NCBI GenBank assembly: GCA_030141605.1
Contig: JAQGDQ010001062.1
Span: forward strand, 28,422 to 66,037
Reading direction: 5' to 3'
DNA length: 37,616 nt
Source: Tubiluchus corallicola
Lineage: Eukaryota > Animalia > Priapulida
Part shown: one piece after another, positions 22,321 to 34,468 of the stretch
Layout of the letters: each line of letters starts with the position of its first letter
Numbering within the stretch: the stretch's first letter is position 1
Program-made: the position numbers and the translations under genes
The notes under the pieces: model-generated
Database searches by the model: none
What the model was told of the DNA's origin: nothing
Seen by the model: the letters and a program-made list of their open reading frames with translations, nothing else

Positions 22321-22800
22321 GAGACGGCCTGGACAGGCCTATGCGTTCAGAGACTTGGACAGGCCTACGCGTTCAGAGACTTGGACAGGCCTACGCGTTC
22401 AGAGACTTGGACAGGCCTACGCGTTCAGAGACTTGGACAGGCCTAAGCGTTCAGAGACTTGGACAGGCCTACGTGTTCAGAGACTTGGACAGGCCTACGC
22501 GTTCAGAGACTTGGACAGGCCTAAGCGTTCAGAGACTTGGACAGGCCTACGCGTTCAGAGACTTGGACAGGCCTACGCGTTCAGAGACTTGGACAGGCCT
22601 ACGCGTTCAGAGACTTGGACAGGCCTAAGCGTTCAGAGACTTGGACAGGCCTATGCGTTCAGAGACTTGGACAGGCCTACGCGTTCAGAGACTTGGACAG
22701 GCCTAAGCATTCAGAGACTTGGACAGGCCTACGCGTTCAGAAACTTGGACAGGCCTAAGCGTTCAGAGACTTGGACAGGCCTACGCATTCAGAGACTTGG
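22321..22800. repeat. 26-bp minisatellite (GAGACTTGGACAGGCCTACGCGTTCA), ~18 copies
   Basis: Direct reading. Confidence 0.97.
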
Positions 22801-23240
22801 CCTTTTCCAGAGATGACTCTTTCACAACTGACGAAAATTCTGAACGCATTTCAGCGGATTATTTATATTGGAAATTACAATAATTAGTGTTGGATGAATA
22901 GCGTTTTCACGACTTAATGGTCCTAATGGTCATCCAAATTGTACTGAGTATAAAAATTCCGTGTTTAAAAATCTATAAATATACGCGGACGCAACGCAGA
23001 ATCTCTGAAATCCCGAAAATTCTGATTTCCCTTGGTCCCTCGGGACAGATTCTGCGTTTCAGGCGCCCCACCCCCACCCTCTTGACACTTCTGTGCGGTG
23101 ATAGTGTCAGAAAACAGTGTGAGGTGCATCAAAGACGCAACATCATCACATTCACGTGTCGATAGCTAATTTAAGTCAAAAGCAAATCAAGAATGGATTG
23201 AGTCACCTCGTCAAGTGCGTCATTACTGGTCGATTCTGAT

Positions 23241-24928
23241 AAAAATACTTGTACAAGACAACAGGAAACAATAATAAGAGTAAAAATACTTGTACAAGCC
23301 AACAGGAAACAATAATAAGAGTAAAAATACTTGTACAAGCCAACAGGAAACAATAATAAGAGTAAAAATACTTGTACAAGCCAACAGGAAAGAATAATAA
23401 GAGTAAAAATACTTGTACAAGCCAACAGGAAAGAATAATAAGAGTAAAAATACTTGTACAAGCCAACAGGAAAGAATAATAAGAGTAAAAATACTTGTAC
23501 AAGACAACAGGAAACAATAATAAGAGTAAAAATACTTGTACAAGCCAACAGGAAACAAAAATAATAGTAAAAATACCTGTGCAAGCCAACAGGAAACAAT
23601 AATAAGAGTAAAAATACTTGTACAAGCCAACAGGAAACAATAATAAGAGTAAAAATACTTGTACAAGCCAACAGGAAACAATAATAAGAGTAAAAATACT
23701 TGTACAAGCCAACAGGAAACAATAATAAGAGTAAAAATACTTGTACAAGCCAACAGGAAACAATAATAAGAGTAAAAATACTTGTACAAGCCAACAGGAA
23801 AGAATAATAAGAGTAAAAATACTTGTACAAGACAACAGGAAAGAATAATAAGAGTAAAAATAGTTGTACAAGACAACAGGAAACAATAATAAGAGTAAAA
23901 ATACTTGTACAAGCCAACAGGAAACAATAATAATAGTAAAAATACCTGTGCAAGCCAACAGGAAACAATAATAAGAGTAAAAATACTTGTACAAGCCAAC
24001 AGGAAAGAATAATAAGAGTAAAAATACTTGTACAAGACAACAGGAAAGAATAATAAGAGTAAAAATAGTTGTACAAGACAACAGGAAACAATAATAAGAG
24101 TAAAAATACTTGTACAAGCCAACAGGAAACAATAATAAGAGTAAAAATACTTGTACAAGCCAACAGGAAACAATAATAAGAGTAAAAATACTTGTACAAG
24201 CCAACAGGAAACAATAATAAGAGTAAAAATACTTGTACAAGCCAACAGGAAACAATAATAAGAGTAAAAATACTTGTACAAGCCAACAGGAAAGAATAAT
24301 AAGAGTAAAAATACTTGTACAAGCCAACAGGAAACAATAATAAGAGTAAAAATACTTGTACAAGCCAACAGGAAAGAATAATAAGAGTAAAAATACTTGT
24401 ACAAGACAACAAGAAAGAATAATAAGAGTAAAAATACTTGTTCAAGACAACAGGAAACAATAATAAGAGTAAAAATACTTGTACAAGACAACAGGAAAGA
24501 ATAATAAGAGTAAAAATACTTGTACAAGCCAACAGGAAACAATAATAAGAGTAAAAATACTTGTGCAAGCCAACAGGAAACAATAATAAGAGTAAAAATA
24601 CTTGTACAAGCCAACAGGAAAGAATAATAAGAGTAAAAATACTTGTACAAGCCAACAGGAAACAAAAATAATAGTAAAAATACTTGTACAAGACAAAAGG
24701 AAAGAATTATAAGAGTAAAAATAGTTGTACAAGCCATCAGGAAAGAATAATAAGAGTAAAAATACCTGTACAAGCCAACAGGAAACAATAATAAGAGTAA
24801 AAATACCTGTACAAGCCAACAGGAAACAATAATAAGAGTAAAAATACTTGTACAAGCCAACAGGAAACAATAATAAGAGTAAAAATATTTGTACAAGCCA
24901 ACAGGAAAGAATAATAAGAGTAAAAATA
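23241..24928. repeat. 41-bp minisatellite (AAAAATACTTGTACAAGCCAACAGGAAACAATAATAAGAGT), ~41 copies
   Basis: Direct reading. Confidence 0.97.
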
Positions 24929-25173
24929 ATACACAGTCGGATAGGGAGAAATTCAAATGAGGCGATTTCAGGTTTCTAGTAATTGTGTCTGTTTTTACCA
25001 TCTTGCTTCCTGCACACCGCATCAACACATGCTCTACAGTCGTGCAATGCAGCCGTATGAATCGCAGGAGTGTGTGCATGCCTTTAGACTCTACTGCATT
25101 TTATTATGTCTACCTGCTGAACTTCTGACTGTTGACAATTTGAAGTTGAAATTTAAAGTTGGAATTTTTGCAG

Positions 25174-25284
25174 ATAAACAATTTTTGTGACGACGATGTG
25201 AACGGAACTGATCGAACTCATGTGCATAACAAACGTGCTCCAAACCAACAAAATAAACAATGTGGTCACCGTAGCGTCTGGTCG
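25174..25284 (+). CDS. CLCA: CLCA-B exon 5 (INNFCDDDVNGTDRTHVHNKRAPNQQNKQCGHRSVWS)
   Basis: tttgcag|...|gtaag, 111 nt, phase 0-0; FC..HN..APN.QN..C..RS.W CLCA motif. Confidence 0.95.
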
Positions 25285-25339
25285 GTAAGAACATACAGCA
25301 GGAACTCATAAGGGAGAGAAAAAATAGAGACACATAGAT

Positions 25340-25882
<543 letters not shown>

Positions 25883-26002
25883 GGCTAAACTGGTATCGTC
25901 GTAAACATTTACAAAGTTCACGTTAGCTTAGCTACTATTAATTATTTGTTATTTTTTCTTAATTATCATATTAACACCCGTTTTCTACACTCATTTCAAC
26001 AG

Positions 26003-26167
26003 GTTTTAAGAAGCCACAGGGACTTTAACAATACAAAACTGCCTGGAAAAGATAAAAATCCTGTTCCTAGGTTTAACATTGTGAAAGCAACCCCGAAACG
26101 TACTGTTTTAGTCCTAGATGTATCTGATTCTATGAAGAAGAACCAAAGGCTGTTAAAGATGCAACAG
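26003..26167 (+). CDS. CLCA: CLCA-B exon 6, start of VWA (VLRSHRDF...RTVLVLDVSDSMKKNQRLLKMQQ)
   Basis: aacag|...cag|gttg, 165 nt, phase 0-0; MIDAS DxSxS. Confidence 0.95.
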
Positions 26168-26330
26168 GTTGAAAATTGAATTAAATTTATTATTTTCATT
26201 AAATTTAAAAAGATTTTCTTTCAACACGTTGAAACATTTTATTGTAAGCAATTAGCTTTTTGGTATGTGATTTTGTAATTATTGTTTCGTATCATTGAAT
26301 GTACATTGCTTTTTGTGAAAAATACCTTTA

Positions 26331-26644
26331 GTCTAATCTGATCTAAGCTAATCTGATGTGATCTGATCTGATCTGATCTAATCTAATCTAATCTGATCTG
26401 ATCTGATCTGACCTGATCTGATCTATAGTCTGATCCGATCCGATCCGATCCGATCCGATCCAGTCCAGCCCAGTCCAGTCCAGTCCAGTCCAGTCCAGTC
26501 CAGTCCAGTCCAATCCAATCCAATCCAATCCACTGCAATCCAATCCAATCTAATCTAATCTAATCTAATCTAATCTAATCTAATCTAATCTAATCTAATC
26601 TAATCTAATCTAATCTAATCTAATCTAATCTAATCTAATCTAAT
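26331..26644. repeat. Graded pentanucleotide array ATCTA/ATCTG/ATCCG/GTCCA/ATCCA/ATCTA (second copy ~33164-33487)
   Basis: Direct reading. Confidence 0.95.
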
Positions 26645-26676
26645 AATTAAATCTATTGTCCTGTTTCGCTTGCTAG

Positions 26677-26851
26677 GCATGTCGTCATTACCTTCTGAAC
26701 ATTGCACGTGATGGCGAGTATGTAGGAATTGTGCAATTTTCTGGCTCTGCCTCAAACCTCACATCACTAACAGAAATTACAAGTAAAACTCGTCCAAGCC
26801 TCGTAAATAAACTGCCAAACAAAACACGGCAACACAACTGTATTGGCAAAG
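26677..26851 (+). CDS. CLCA: CLCA-B exon 7, VWA (ACRHYLLNIARDGEYVGIVQFSGSA...LPNKTRQHNCIGK)
   Basis: gctag|...g|gtagg, 175 nt, phase 0-1; VG.V.F...A motif. Confidence 0.92.
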
Positions 26852-27092
26852 GTAGGTACAATTAATGTGACTGCTTTATAATGATGATAATTACGTACAA
26901 TTATTTAATTATGATTACTAGCCAATAACTAGCATTTGGAAGAGCTTACTATCATTACTATTATGATTATATTAATAATTATTATTTTATTATTTTGGAT
27001 AATAATACTATTGTATTACTATAATAGCACAACTTCGTATTTTTGTACAGTAATATTATATTAATGTATAATGAAGAACTTCTATGTAGAAT

Positions 27093-27143
27093 ATAATAAT
27101 AATAATAAAGATAATAATAATAATAACAATAATAATAATGATG

Positions 27144-27186
<43 letters not shown>

Positions 27187-27284
27187 TAATAATAATAATA
27201 ACAATAATAATAATAATAATAATAATATTAATACTAATAATAATAATAAAGATAATAATAATAATAACAATAATAATAATGATG

Positions 27285-27351
<67 letters not shown>

Positions 27352-27434
27352 TAATAATAATAATAATAATAATATTAATAATAATAATAATAATAATAAA
27401 GATAATAATAATAATAACAATAATAATAATGATG

Positions 27435-27474
<40 letters not shown>

Positions 27475-27563
27475 TAATAATAATAATGATAATAATAATA
27501 ATAATAATAACAATAATAATAATAATGATAATAATAATAATAATAAAGATAATAATAATAATA
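27093..27563. repeat. (AAT)n microsatellite with higher-order AAAGAT..AAC..GATGAT blocks (shorter copy 33936-34214)
   Basis: Direct reading. Confidence 0.97.
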
Positions 27564-27686
27564 ACCATTGCTATTATCCAGGTAAATTCACGTGCTTGCC
27601 CGTAATGGATGAGCATTAACACTGAAGTAATAAAATAACCTAAAATCCTTCACTTCACAATAACGTGTTTGCTGTCTTCCATTTAG

Positions 27687-27817
27687 GCTTGCAAGTTGGG
27701 ATAGATGTGCTTTCAGAATTAAATGGGGAAACAGTCAGTCCAAATGGAGGGCACTTCCTAGTCATTAGTGATGGAGAAGAGGATAAATCACCTAGTATTT
27801 CTGACGTACTAGATAAG
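27687..27817 (+). CDS. CLCA: CLCA-B exon 8, VWA (GLQVGIDVLS...GGHFLVISDGEEDKSPSISDVLDK)
   Basis: atttag|...aag|gtag, 131 nt, phase 1-0; (T/S)DGE MIDAS Asp. Confidence 0.93.
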
Positions 27818-27871
27818 GTAGAGTAAATTTACTGTAGCTTATAAGAATACTGAAGTATTTTAGTTTGTTAA

Positions 27872-28489
27872 AGGAAGACAGCACGAATTTTCATATCCTA
27901 CTCCATTGTCAAGTATTGTAGAAAGTATACGGTTTAATAAAAGTAATATTGCAAAAGCGTTTCTGCTAGTTAACTAATAGATTGAAATCTTCATAAACGG
28001 CGGGCGAGACCAACAATTCATGACATCACAAACTAACATAACTTTCAACAATAAAAATATTCTACGAGCGTTTTGTATTTGTTTTGCAAAAGCGAAAATT
28101 GAAGTACAGTGCGTTGTAAGATATTTGGTGTGTTGTACTAAAACTAGGCAAGTTTTAAGATAAAAATTCAAATTTCAAATTTACCGCTGTGCTCACGCAT
28201 GAGCTGTCGAACGTGTGTATTAGGTCACAAACAAATTCCTCTGGATTGAAACGTACAGCACCTGTTTTTTGTGCAATGCGTTTCCGAAATGCAGGGTTAG
28301 TGCTCGTCTAACTAGCGAACGGCGAAATGCATGTTTATAGCGAAGAACTAGTGGCGCGAACGTGAAATTGTATTTGTGTGGTAATAATTCTTTCACGTAA
28401 GTCATTTTGGAAAAAATAGCGTGTTTCCTTTCTATGTTGAAAGAGTAGATTGTTTTGACCTACAGTTTAAGATTGGGACCGGTTTTCCT
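27872..28489. mobile_element. Kolobok-like MITE (duplicate at 34523-35140)
   Basis: TTAA|AGGAAGACAG ... CCGGTTTTCCT|TTAA. Confidence 0.55.
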
Positions 28490-28859
28490 TTAAAAAGCTT
28501 TCTTGTTGCTTATGGAATTGAACAGTATTCTTGTTGTTTCGTCTCTTGTTTTTCAATGCTGTTTATTGTGACAATTTCCCTTCACGTATGTAAGTTATAG
28601 AGGTACTTGAAAACGCAGGTTATGTCTCAGCGATTCAAAGCAATATGGCTGAGTAGTCAGGCCGCGAAGTTTAAGATGCTGGTTGGTAAATGGACGTGTG
28701 GCTGTTTCGTAAACAGCCTCTTCTTGGGTCTTACTAAAAACTTGACACGTTTTTGCATATTGATGTAAAGCCAAGTGCTTACTTCATGAATCTCAGTGTA
28801 AATTATGTGCTGTCTGTGTCAATTTTTTTATTTTGTTTGAATGCTGAGATACATAATTG

Positions 28860-29340
28860 AGGGACACGTTATAGACTGAACTATCACTACATACAGTGCA
28901 ACACAAATGTTAGAAAATTTTCTATTAAATACAATGGCCCTTACATATGGAATTCAACTGCTCCAGCTATTAAAAATGCCAACTCGCTGTCCATATTTAA
29001 AAAAATTATAAATTAAATTTACTTGAAACATATAACTGATCACTCAATCATGATTTGTTGTTTTTCATTTTCAAAAACTTCCCCTCTAGTATAATAATAT
29101 TTTTATTACTTCCCACCCGTATTTCTATTTGTATATATTGTAATATTGTATCTGTATATATTGTATTTTTTTCGTAACTAATTCTAGTGGCCTACCATAA
29201 CCTAGCTTCTTAGATCTCTAGCGCAGAATTCATGAATTGAATCACATTTTTGTATTAAGAAAAACTGATTATCGATGCACATGTAATGTATATGTTTATT
29301 GCGAAATAAATCTATTATATCTAAAATCTAAAATCTATCT
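28860..29340 (+). mobile_element. 5'-truncated LINE (CR1/L2 group): ORF2 C-terminus, 3' UTR and tail
   Basis: Translates CNTNVRKFSIKYNGPYIWNSTAPAIKNANSLSIFKK/KLNLLETYN*; ends AATAAATCTATT..(ATCTAAA)2. Confidence 0.8.
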
Positions 29341-29380
29341 CGATGTTACATATTATTATATAAAAAAATAACACTTTCAG

Positions 29381-29549
29381 ATAATTGAGAAACAAATTAC
29401 AGTAGATGCAGTGCTCGTGGGTTCTGATGGAACTGCAACTTTGGAGAAGATGGCGGCCAAAACAGGCGGTTTTTTCTTCTTCTACAATGAGAATACGTCA
29501 TCTAATGCTTTGAACGAAGCCGTAATAAAAATTGGTACAAAAGGAGCAA
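29381..29549 (+). CDS. CLCA: CLCA-B exon 9, end of VWA (IIEKQITVDAVLVGSDGTATLEKMAAKTGGFFFFY...NALNEA)
   Basis: tttcag|...a|gtgagt, 169 nt, phase 0-1; LE.LA..TGG...Y motif. Confidence 0.93.
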
Positions 29550-30039
29550 GTGAGTATAATTATAGCAGTTTGTTTGCACTATATGTTTTACGATACTTGC
29601 TGACGTATTAAATGTACTAGGTGAAATTGCTATATACACCCGGGTGCATATTGACTGAACAAAAGCACAAAACTGAATGAAAATGCACGTTTTCTCTTAT
29701 AATTCAAAACCATATCAAATTATTGACTAATTCAGTTTAAATTAATCTTATTTTTTAATACCAATAATCATTATCGTGTTACGTTAATATAATAATAATA
29801 ATAATAGTTATATATTTTTTCTACAGCCCCACGAACTAATTATGTCATCTAATATGTAAAGGGTGTGTGTAAATGACCACTTGGTCCTACACTCCCATCA
29901 CACAAACCAAATTTGCCCACTGATAATATTATTTTTGTCAGTGTGTTCTGTTATATGTGTCAAATAGAACATCATAGTTCATAGTTCATAGTTCACTTTC
30001 ATTTTAATCACTCCGTATACATAATTTTCCGTATACAAT

Positions 30040-30420
30040 ATGGTCTCGTGATTCCTATCAGTTTCTTCACACATTTTGGCATGAAATCCACCAAATTCTG
30101 GCAGTTTCCAGAAATCTGGGCGTCATGGTACCATATCTGGATGATGGCATCTCTCAGGTTCTGCCCGTACAGTTGTCTCTTGTAGGCGCAACTTGCCAAT
30201 CGACCGACCGCAAGTTTTCAATAATGGGTTTAAATATGAATAGTTGCCAGGCCAGTAAACTTTAATGTTCTCGTTTTCAATAAATACATGTCGACTTTCC
30301 CCATTGAACATCCGGGAACGCCTTTCGCATCCCTGGTATCCTTGTTTTTGGTTAGATCCCCAAGATACTGCTGCTTTAGCATCTTACCAGTAACAATATG
30401 TAAATTAGGTCAGTTCATGT
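30040..30420 (-). pseudogene. Degenerate Tc1 (DD34E-type) transposase C-terminal fragment
   Basis: Frameshifted LHIVTGKM..QQY, KAFPD, WPGNYSYLNP(IIEN) resembling WPxxSPDLNPIENLW, and LRDAIIQIW..CQNLVDFMPK. Confidence 0.8.
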
Positions 30421-30443
30421 CAGAAATACTGTTTAGTGGATTT

Positions 30444-32323
30444 GTTAACCTGCAAGTCCCGGTTCCTGGGTGGAAAACACCATGAGGGTGGGAAGCAAAT
30501 GTTAACCTGCAAGTCCCGGTTCCTGGCTGGAAAACACCATGAGAGCGGGAAGCAAATGTTTACCTGCAAGTCCCAGTTTCTGGCTGGAAAACACCATGAG
30601 GGTGGGAAGGAAATGTTAACCTACAAGTCCCGGTTCCTGGCTGGAAAACACCATGAGGGCGGGAAGCAAATGTTTACCTGCAAGTCCCAGTTTCTGGCTG
30701 GAAAACACCATGAGGGTGGGAAGGAAATGTTAACCTGCAAGTCCCGATTTCTGGCTGGAAAACACCATGAGGGTGGGAAGCAAATGTTAACCTGCAAGTC
30801 CCAGTTTCTGGCTGGAAAACACCATGAGGGTGGGAAGGAAATGTTAACCTGCAAGTCCCGATTTCTGGCTGGAAAACACCATGAGGGTGGGAAGCAAATG
30901 TTAACCTGCAAGTCCCGGTTCCTGGGTGGAAAACACCATGAGGGCGGGAAGGAAATGTTAACCTGCAAGTCCCGATTCCTGGCTGGAAAACACCATGAGG
31001 GTGGGAAGCAAATGTTAACCTGCAAGTCCCAGTTTCTGGCTGGAAAACACCATGAGGGCGGGAAGGAAATGTTAACCTGCAAGTCCCGATTCCTGGCTGG
31101 AAAACACCATGAGGGTGGGAAGCAAATGTTAACCTGCAAGTCCCGGTTCCTGGCTGGAAAACACCATGAGGGTGGGAAGCAAATGTTAACCTGCAAGTCC
31201 CGGTTCCTGGGTGGAAAACACCATGAGGGTGGGAAGCAAATGTTAACCTGCAAGTCCCGGTTCCTGGCTGGAAAACACCATGAGGGTGGGAAGCAAATGT
31301 TAACCTGCAAGTCCCGGTTCCTGGCTGGAAAACACCATGAGGGCGGGAAGGAAATGTTAACCTGCAAGTCCCGATTCCTGGCTGGAAAACACCATGAGGG
31401 TGGGAAGCAAATGTTAACCTGCAAGTCCCGGTTCCTGGGTGGAAAACACCATGAGGGTGGGAAGCAAATGTTAACCTGCAAGTCCCAGTTTCTGGCTGGA
31501 AAACACCATGAGGGCGGGAAGGAAATGTTAACCTGCAAGTCCCAGTTTCTGGCTGGAAAACACCATGAGGGCGGGAAGGAAATGTTAACCTGCAAGTCCC
31601 GATTCCTGGCTGGAAAACACCATGAGGGTGGGAAGCAAATGTTAACCTGCAAGTCCCGGTTCCTGGGTGGAAAACACCATGAGGGTGGGAAGCAAATGTT
31701 AACCTGCAAGTCCCGGTTCCTGGCTGGAAAACACCATGAGGGTGGGAAGCAAATGTTAACCTGCAAGTCCCGGTTCCTGGCTGGAAAACACCATGAGGGT
31801 GGGAAGCAAATGTTAACCTGCAAGTCCCGGTTCCTGGCTGGAAAACACCATGAGGGTGGGAAGGAAATGTTAACCTGCAAATCCCGGTTCCTGGCTGGAA
31901 AACACCATGAGGGTGGGAAGCAAATGTTAACCTGCAAGTCCCGGTTCCTGGCTGGAAAACACCATGAGGGTGGGAAGGAAATGTTAACCTACAAGTCCCG
32001 GTTCCTGGCTGGAAAACACCATGAGGGTGGGAAGCAAATGTTAACCTGCAAGTCCCAGTTCCTGGCTGGAAAACACCATGAGGGTGGGAAGCAAATGTTA
32101 ACCTGCAAGTCCCGGTTCCTGGCTGGAAAACACCATGAGGGTGGGAAGCAAATGTTAACCTGCAAGTCCCGGTTCCTGGCTGGAAAACACCATGAGGGTG
32201 GGAAGCAAATGTTAACTTGCAAGTCCCGGTTCCTGGCTGGAAAACACCATGAGGGTGGGAAGGAAATGTTAACCTGCAAATCCCGGTTCCTGGCTGGAAA
32301 ACACCATGAGGGTGAGAAGGAAA
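30444..32323 (+). repeat. 57-bp tandem array, ~33 copies
   Basis: Unit ATGTTAACCTGCAAGTCCCGGTTCCTGGCTGGAAAACACCATGAGGGTGGGAAGCAA. Confidence 0.98.
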
Positions 32324-32591
32324 AATGCGGTAAAATCTGTCAGTGGTTCAATTAACTTGCACAAGGGTGCAAGTCAGCAATTATTTATGTGTTAGTAAAA
32401 GCGAAGTCGGATGACTGCTATAACATTAGTTCTTTCGATTTTTAACAATATAGGTAAACGGGTTTTACCGGTGACACTTTTAAGCGACAATATAGAAATA
32501 AGGGTGGGAAGTAATAAAAATATTATTATACTAGAGGGGAAGGAGAAGGAAGAAAAAAGACAGGGGAGACAAAAGTCATAGAAAAGAGAGA

Positions 32592-32625
<34 letters not shown>

Positions 32626-32638
32626 ACGAGAGAGCGAG

Positions 32639-32715
<77 letters not shown>

Positions 32716-32835
32716 GGCTAAACTGGTATCGTCGTAAACATTTACAAAGTTCACGTTAGCTTAGCTACTATTAATTATTTGTTATTTTTTCTTAATTATC
32801 ATATTAACACCCGTTTTCTACACTCATTTCAACAG

Positions 32836-33000
32836 GTTTTAAGAAGCCACAGGGACTTTAACAATACAAAACTGCCTGGAAAAGATAAAAATCCTGTTCC
32901 TAGGTTTAACATTGTGAAAGCAACCCCGAAACGTACTGTTTTAGTCCTAGATGTATCTGATTCTATGAAGAAGAACCAAAGGCTGTTAAAGATGCAACAG
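32836..33000 (+). CDS. CLCA: Duplicated CLCA-B exon 6'
   Basis: Same translation and splice sites as 26003-26167. Confidence 0.8.
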
Positions 33001-33519
33001 GTTGAAAATTGAATTAAATTTATTATTTTCATTAAATTTAAAAAGATTTTCTTTCAACACGTTGAAACATTTTATTGTAAGCAATTAGCTTTTTGGTATG
33101 TGATTTTGTAATTATTGTTTCGTATCATTGAATGTACATTGCTTTTTGTGAAAAATACCTTTAGTCTAATCTAATCTAAGCTAATGTGATGTGATCTGAT
33201 CTGATCTGATCTGATCTAATCTAATCTGATCTGATCTGATCTGACCTGATCTGATCTATAGTCTGATCCGATCCGATCCGATCCGATCCGATCCAGTCCA
33301 GCCCAGTCCAGTCCAGTCCAGTCCAGTCCAGTCCAGTCCAGTCCAGTCCAGTCCAATCCAATCCAATCCAATCCAATCCACTGCAATCCAATCCAATCTA
33401 ATCTAATCTAATCTAATCTAATCTAATCTAATCTAATCTAATCTAATCTAATCTAATCTAATCTAATCTAATCTAATCTAATCTAATAATTAAATCTATT
33501 GTCCTGTTTCGCTTGCTAG

Positions 33520-33694
33520 GCATGTCGTCATTACCTTCTGAACATTGCACGTGATGGCGAGTATGTAGGAATTGTGCAATTTTCTGGCTCTGCCTCAAAC
33601 CTCACATCACTAACAGAAATTACAAGTAAAACTCGTCCAAGCCTCGTAAATAAACTGCCAAACAAAACACGGCAACACAACTGTATTGGCAAAG
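33520..33694 (+). CDS. CLCA: Duplicated CLCA-B exon 7'
   Basis: Same sequence and splice sites as 26677-26851. Confidence 0.8.
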
Positions 33695-34051
33695 GTAGGT
33701 ACAATTAATGTGACTGCTTTATAATGATGATAATTACGTACAATTATTTAATTATGATTACTAGCCAATAACTAGCATTTGGAAGAGCTTACTATCATTA
33801 CTATTATGATTATATTAATAATTATTATTTTATTATTTTGGATAATAATACTATTGTATTACTATAATAGCACAACTTCGTATTTTTGTACAGTAATATT
33901 ATATTAATGTATAATGACGAACTTCTATGTAGAATATAATAATAATAATAAAGATAATAATAATAATAACAATAATAATAATGATGATCATAATAATAAT
34001 AATAATAATAATAACAATAATAATAATAACTTCAATAACAATAATAATAAC

Positions 34052-34095
<44 letters not shown>

Positions 34096-34337
34096 CAACA
34101 ATAATAATAATAATAATAATAACAATAATAATAATAATGATAATAATAATAATAATAATAACAATAATAATAATAATGATAATAATAATAATAATAAAGA
34201 TAATAATAATAATAACCATTGCTATTATCCAGGTAAATTCACGTGCTTTCCCGTAATGGATGAGCATTAACACTGAAGTAATAAAATAACCTAAAATCCT
34301 TCACTTCACAATAACGTGTTTGCTGTCTTCCATTTAG

Positions 34338-34468
34338 GCTTGCAAGTTGGGATAGATGTGCTTTCAGAATTAAATGGGGAAACAGTCAGTCCAAATGGAG
34401 GACACTTCCTAGTCATTAGTGATGGAGAAGAGGATAAGTCACCTAGTATTTCTGACGTACTAGATAAG
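34338..34468 (+). CDS. CLCA: Duplicated CLCA-B exon 8'
   Basis: As 27687-27817 with two synonymous changes (GGG>GGA, AAA>AAG). Confidence 0.8.

Larger units (their letters stand above)
30040..32492 (-). mobile_element. Tc1-derived element carrying a 57-bp array (left arm, inverted relative to 35779-37610)
   Basis: TA|TATTGTCGCTTAAAAGTGT terminus, ~170-bp leader with ACTTGCAC-N4-GTGCAAGT hairpin, array, then transposase remnant; second TIR not found. Confidence 0.65.

Noticed and set aside
22992-23060. Short inverted repeat AACGCAGAATCT..AGATTCTGCGTT
   Set aside because: Too short with no clear TSD; cannot call a MITE or RNA
23171-25079. Hydrophobic 386-618 aa minus-strand ORFs resembling membrane proteins
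   Set aside because: 41-bp repeat read in three frames; period not a multiple of 3
28977-29128. Initially read as the terminus of the 57-bp array element
   Set aside because: It is the ORF2 C-terminus/3' UTR of a LINE fragment, i.e. the target site into which the element inserted in copy 2
30436-32355. 639-aa and 561-aa (35916-37601) Cys/His repeat ORFs resembling zinc fingers
   Set aside because: Only one Cys per 19-aa unit; open on both strands; unit variants often non-synonymous; no unique flanking domain
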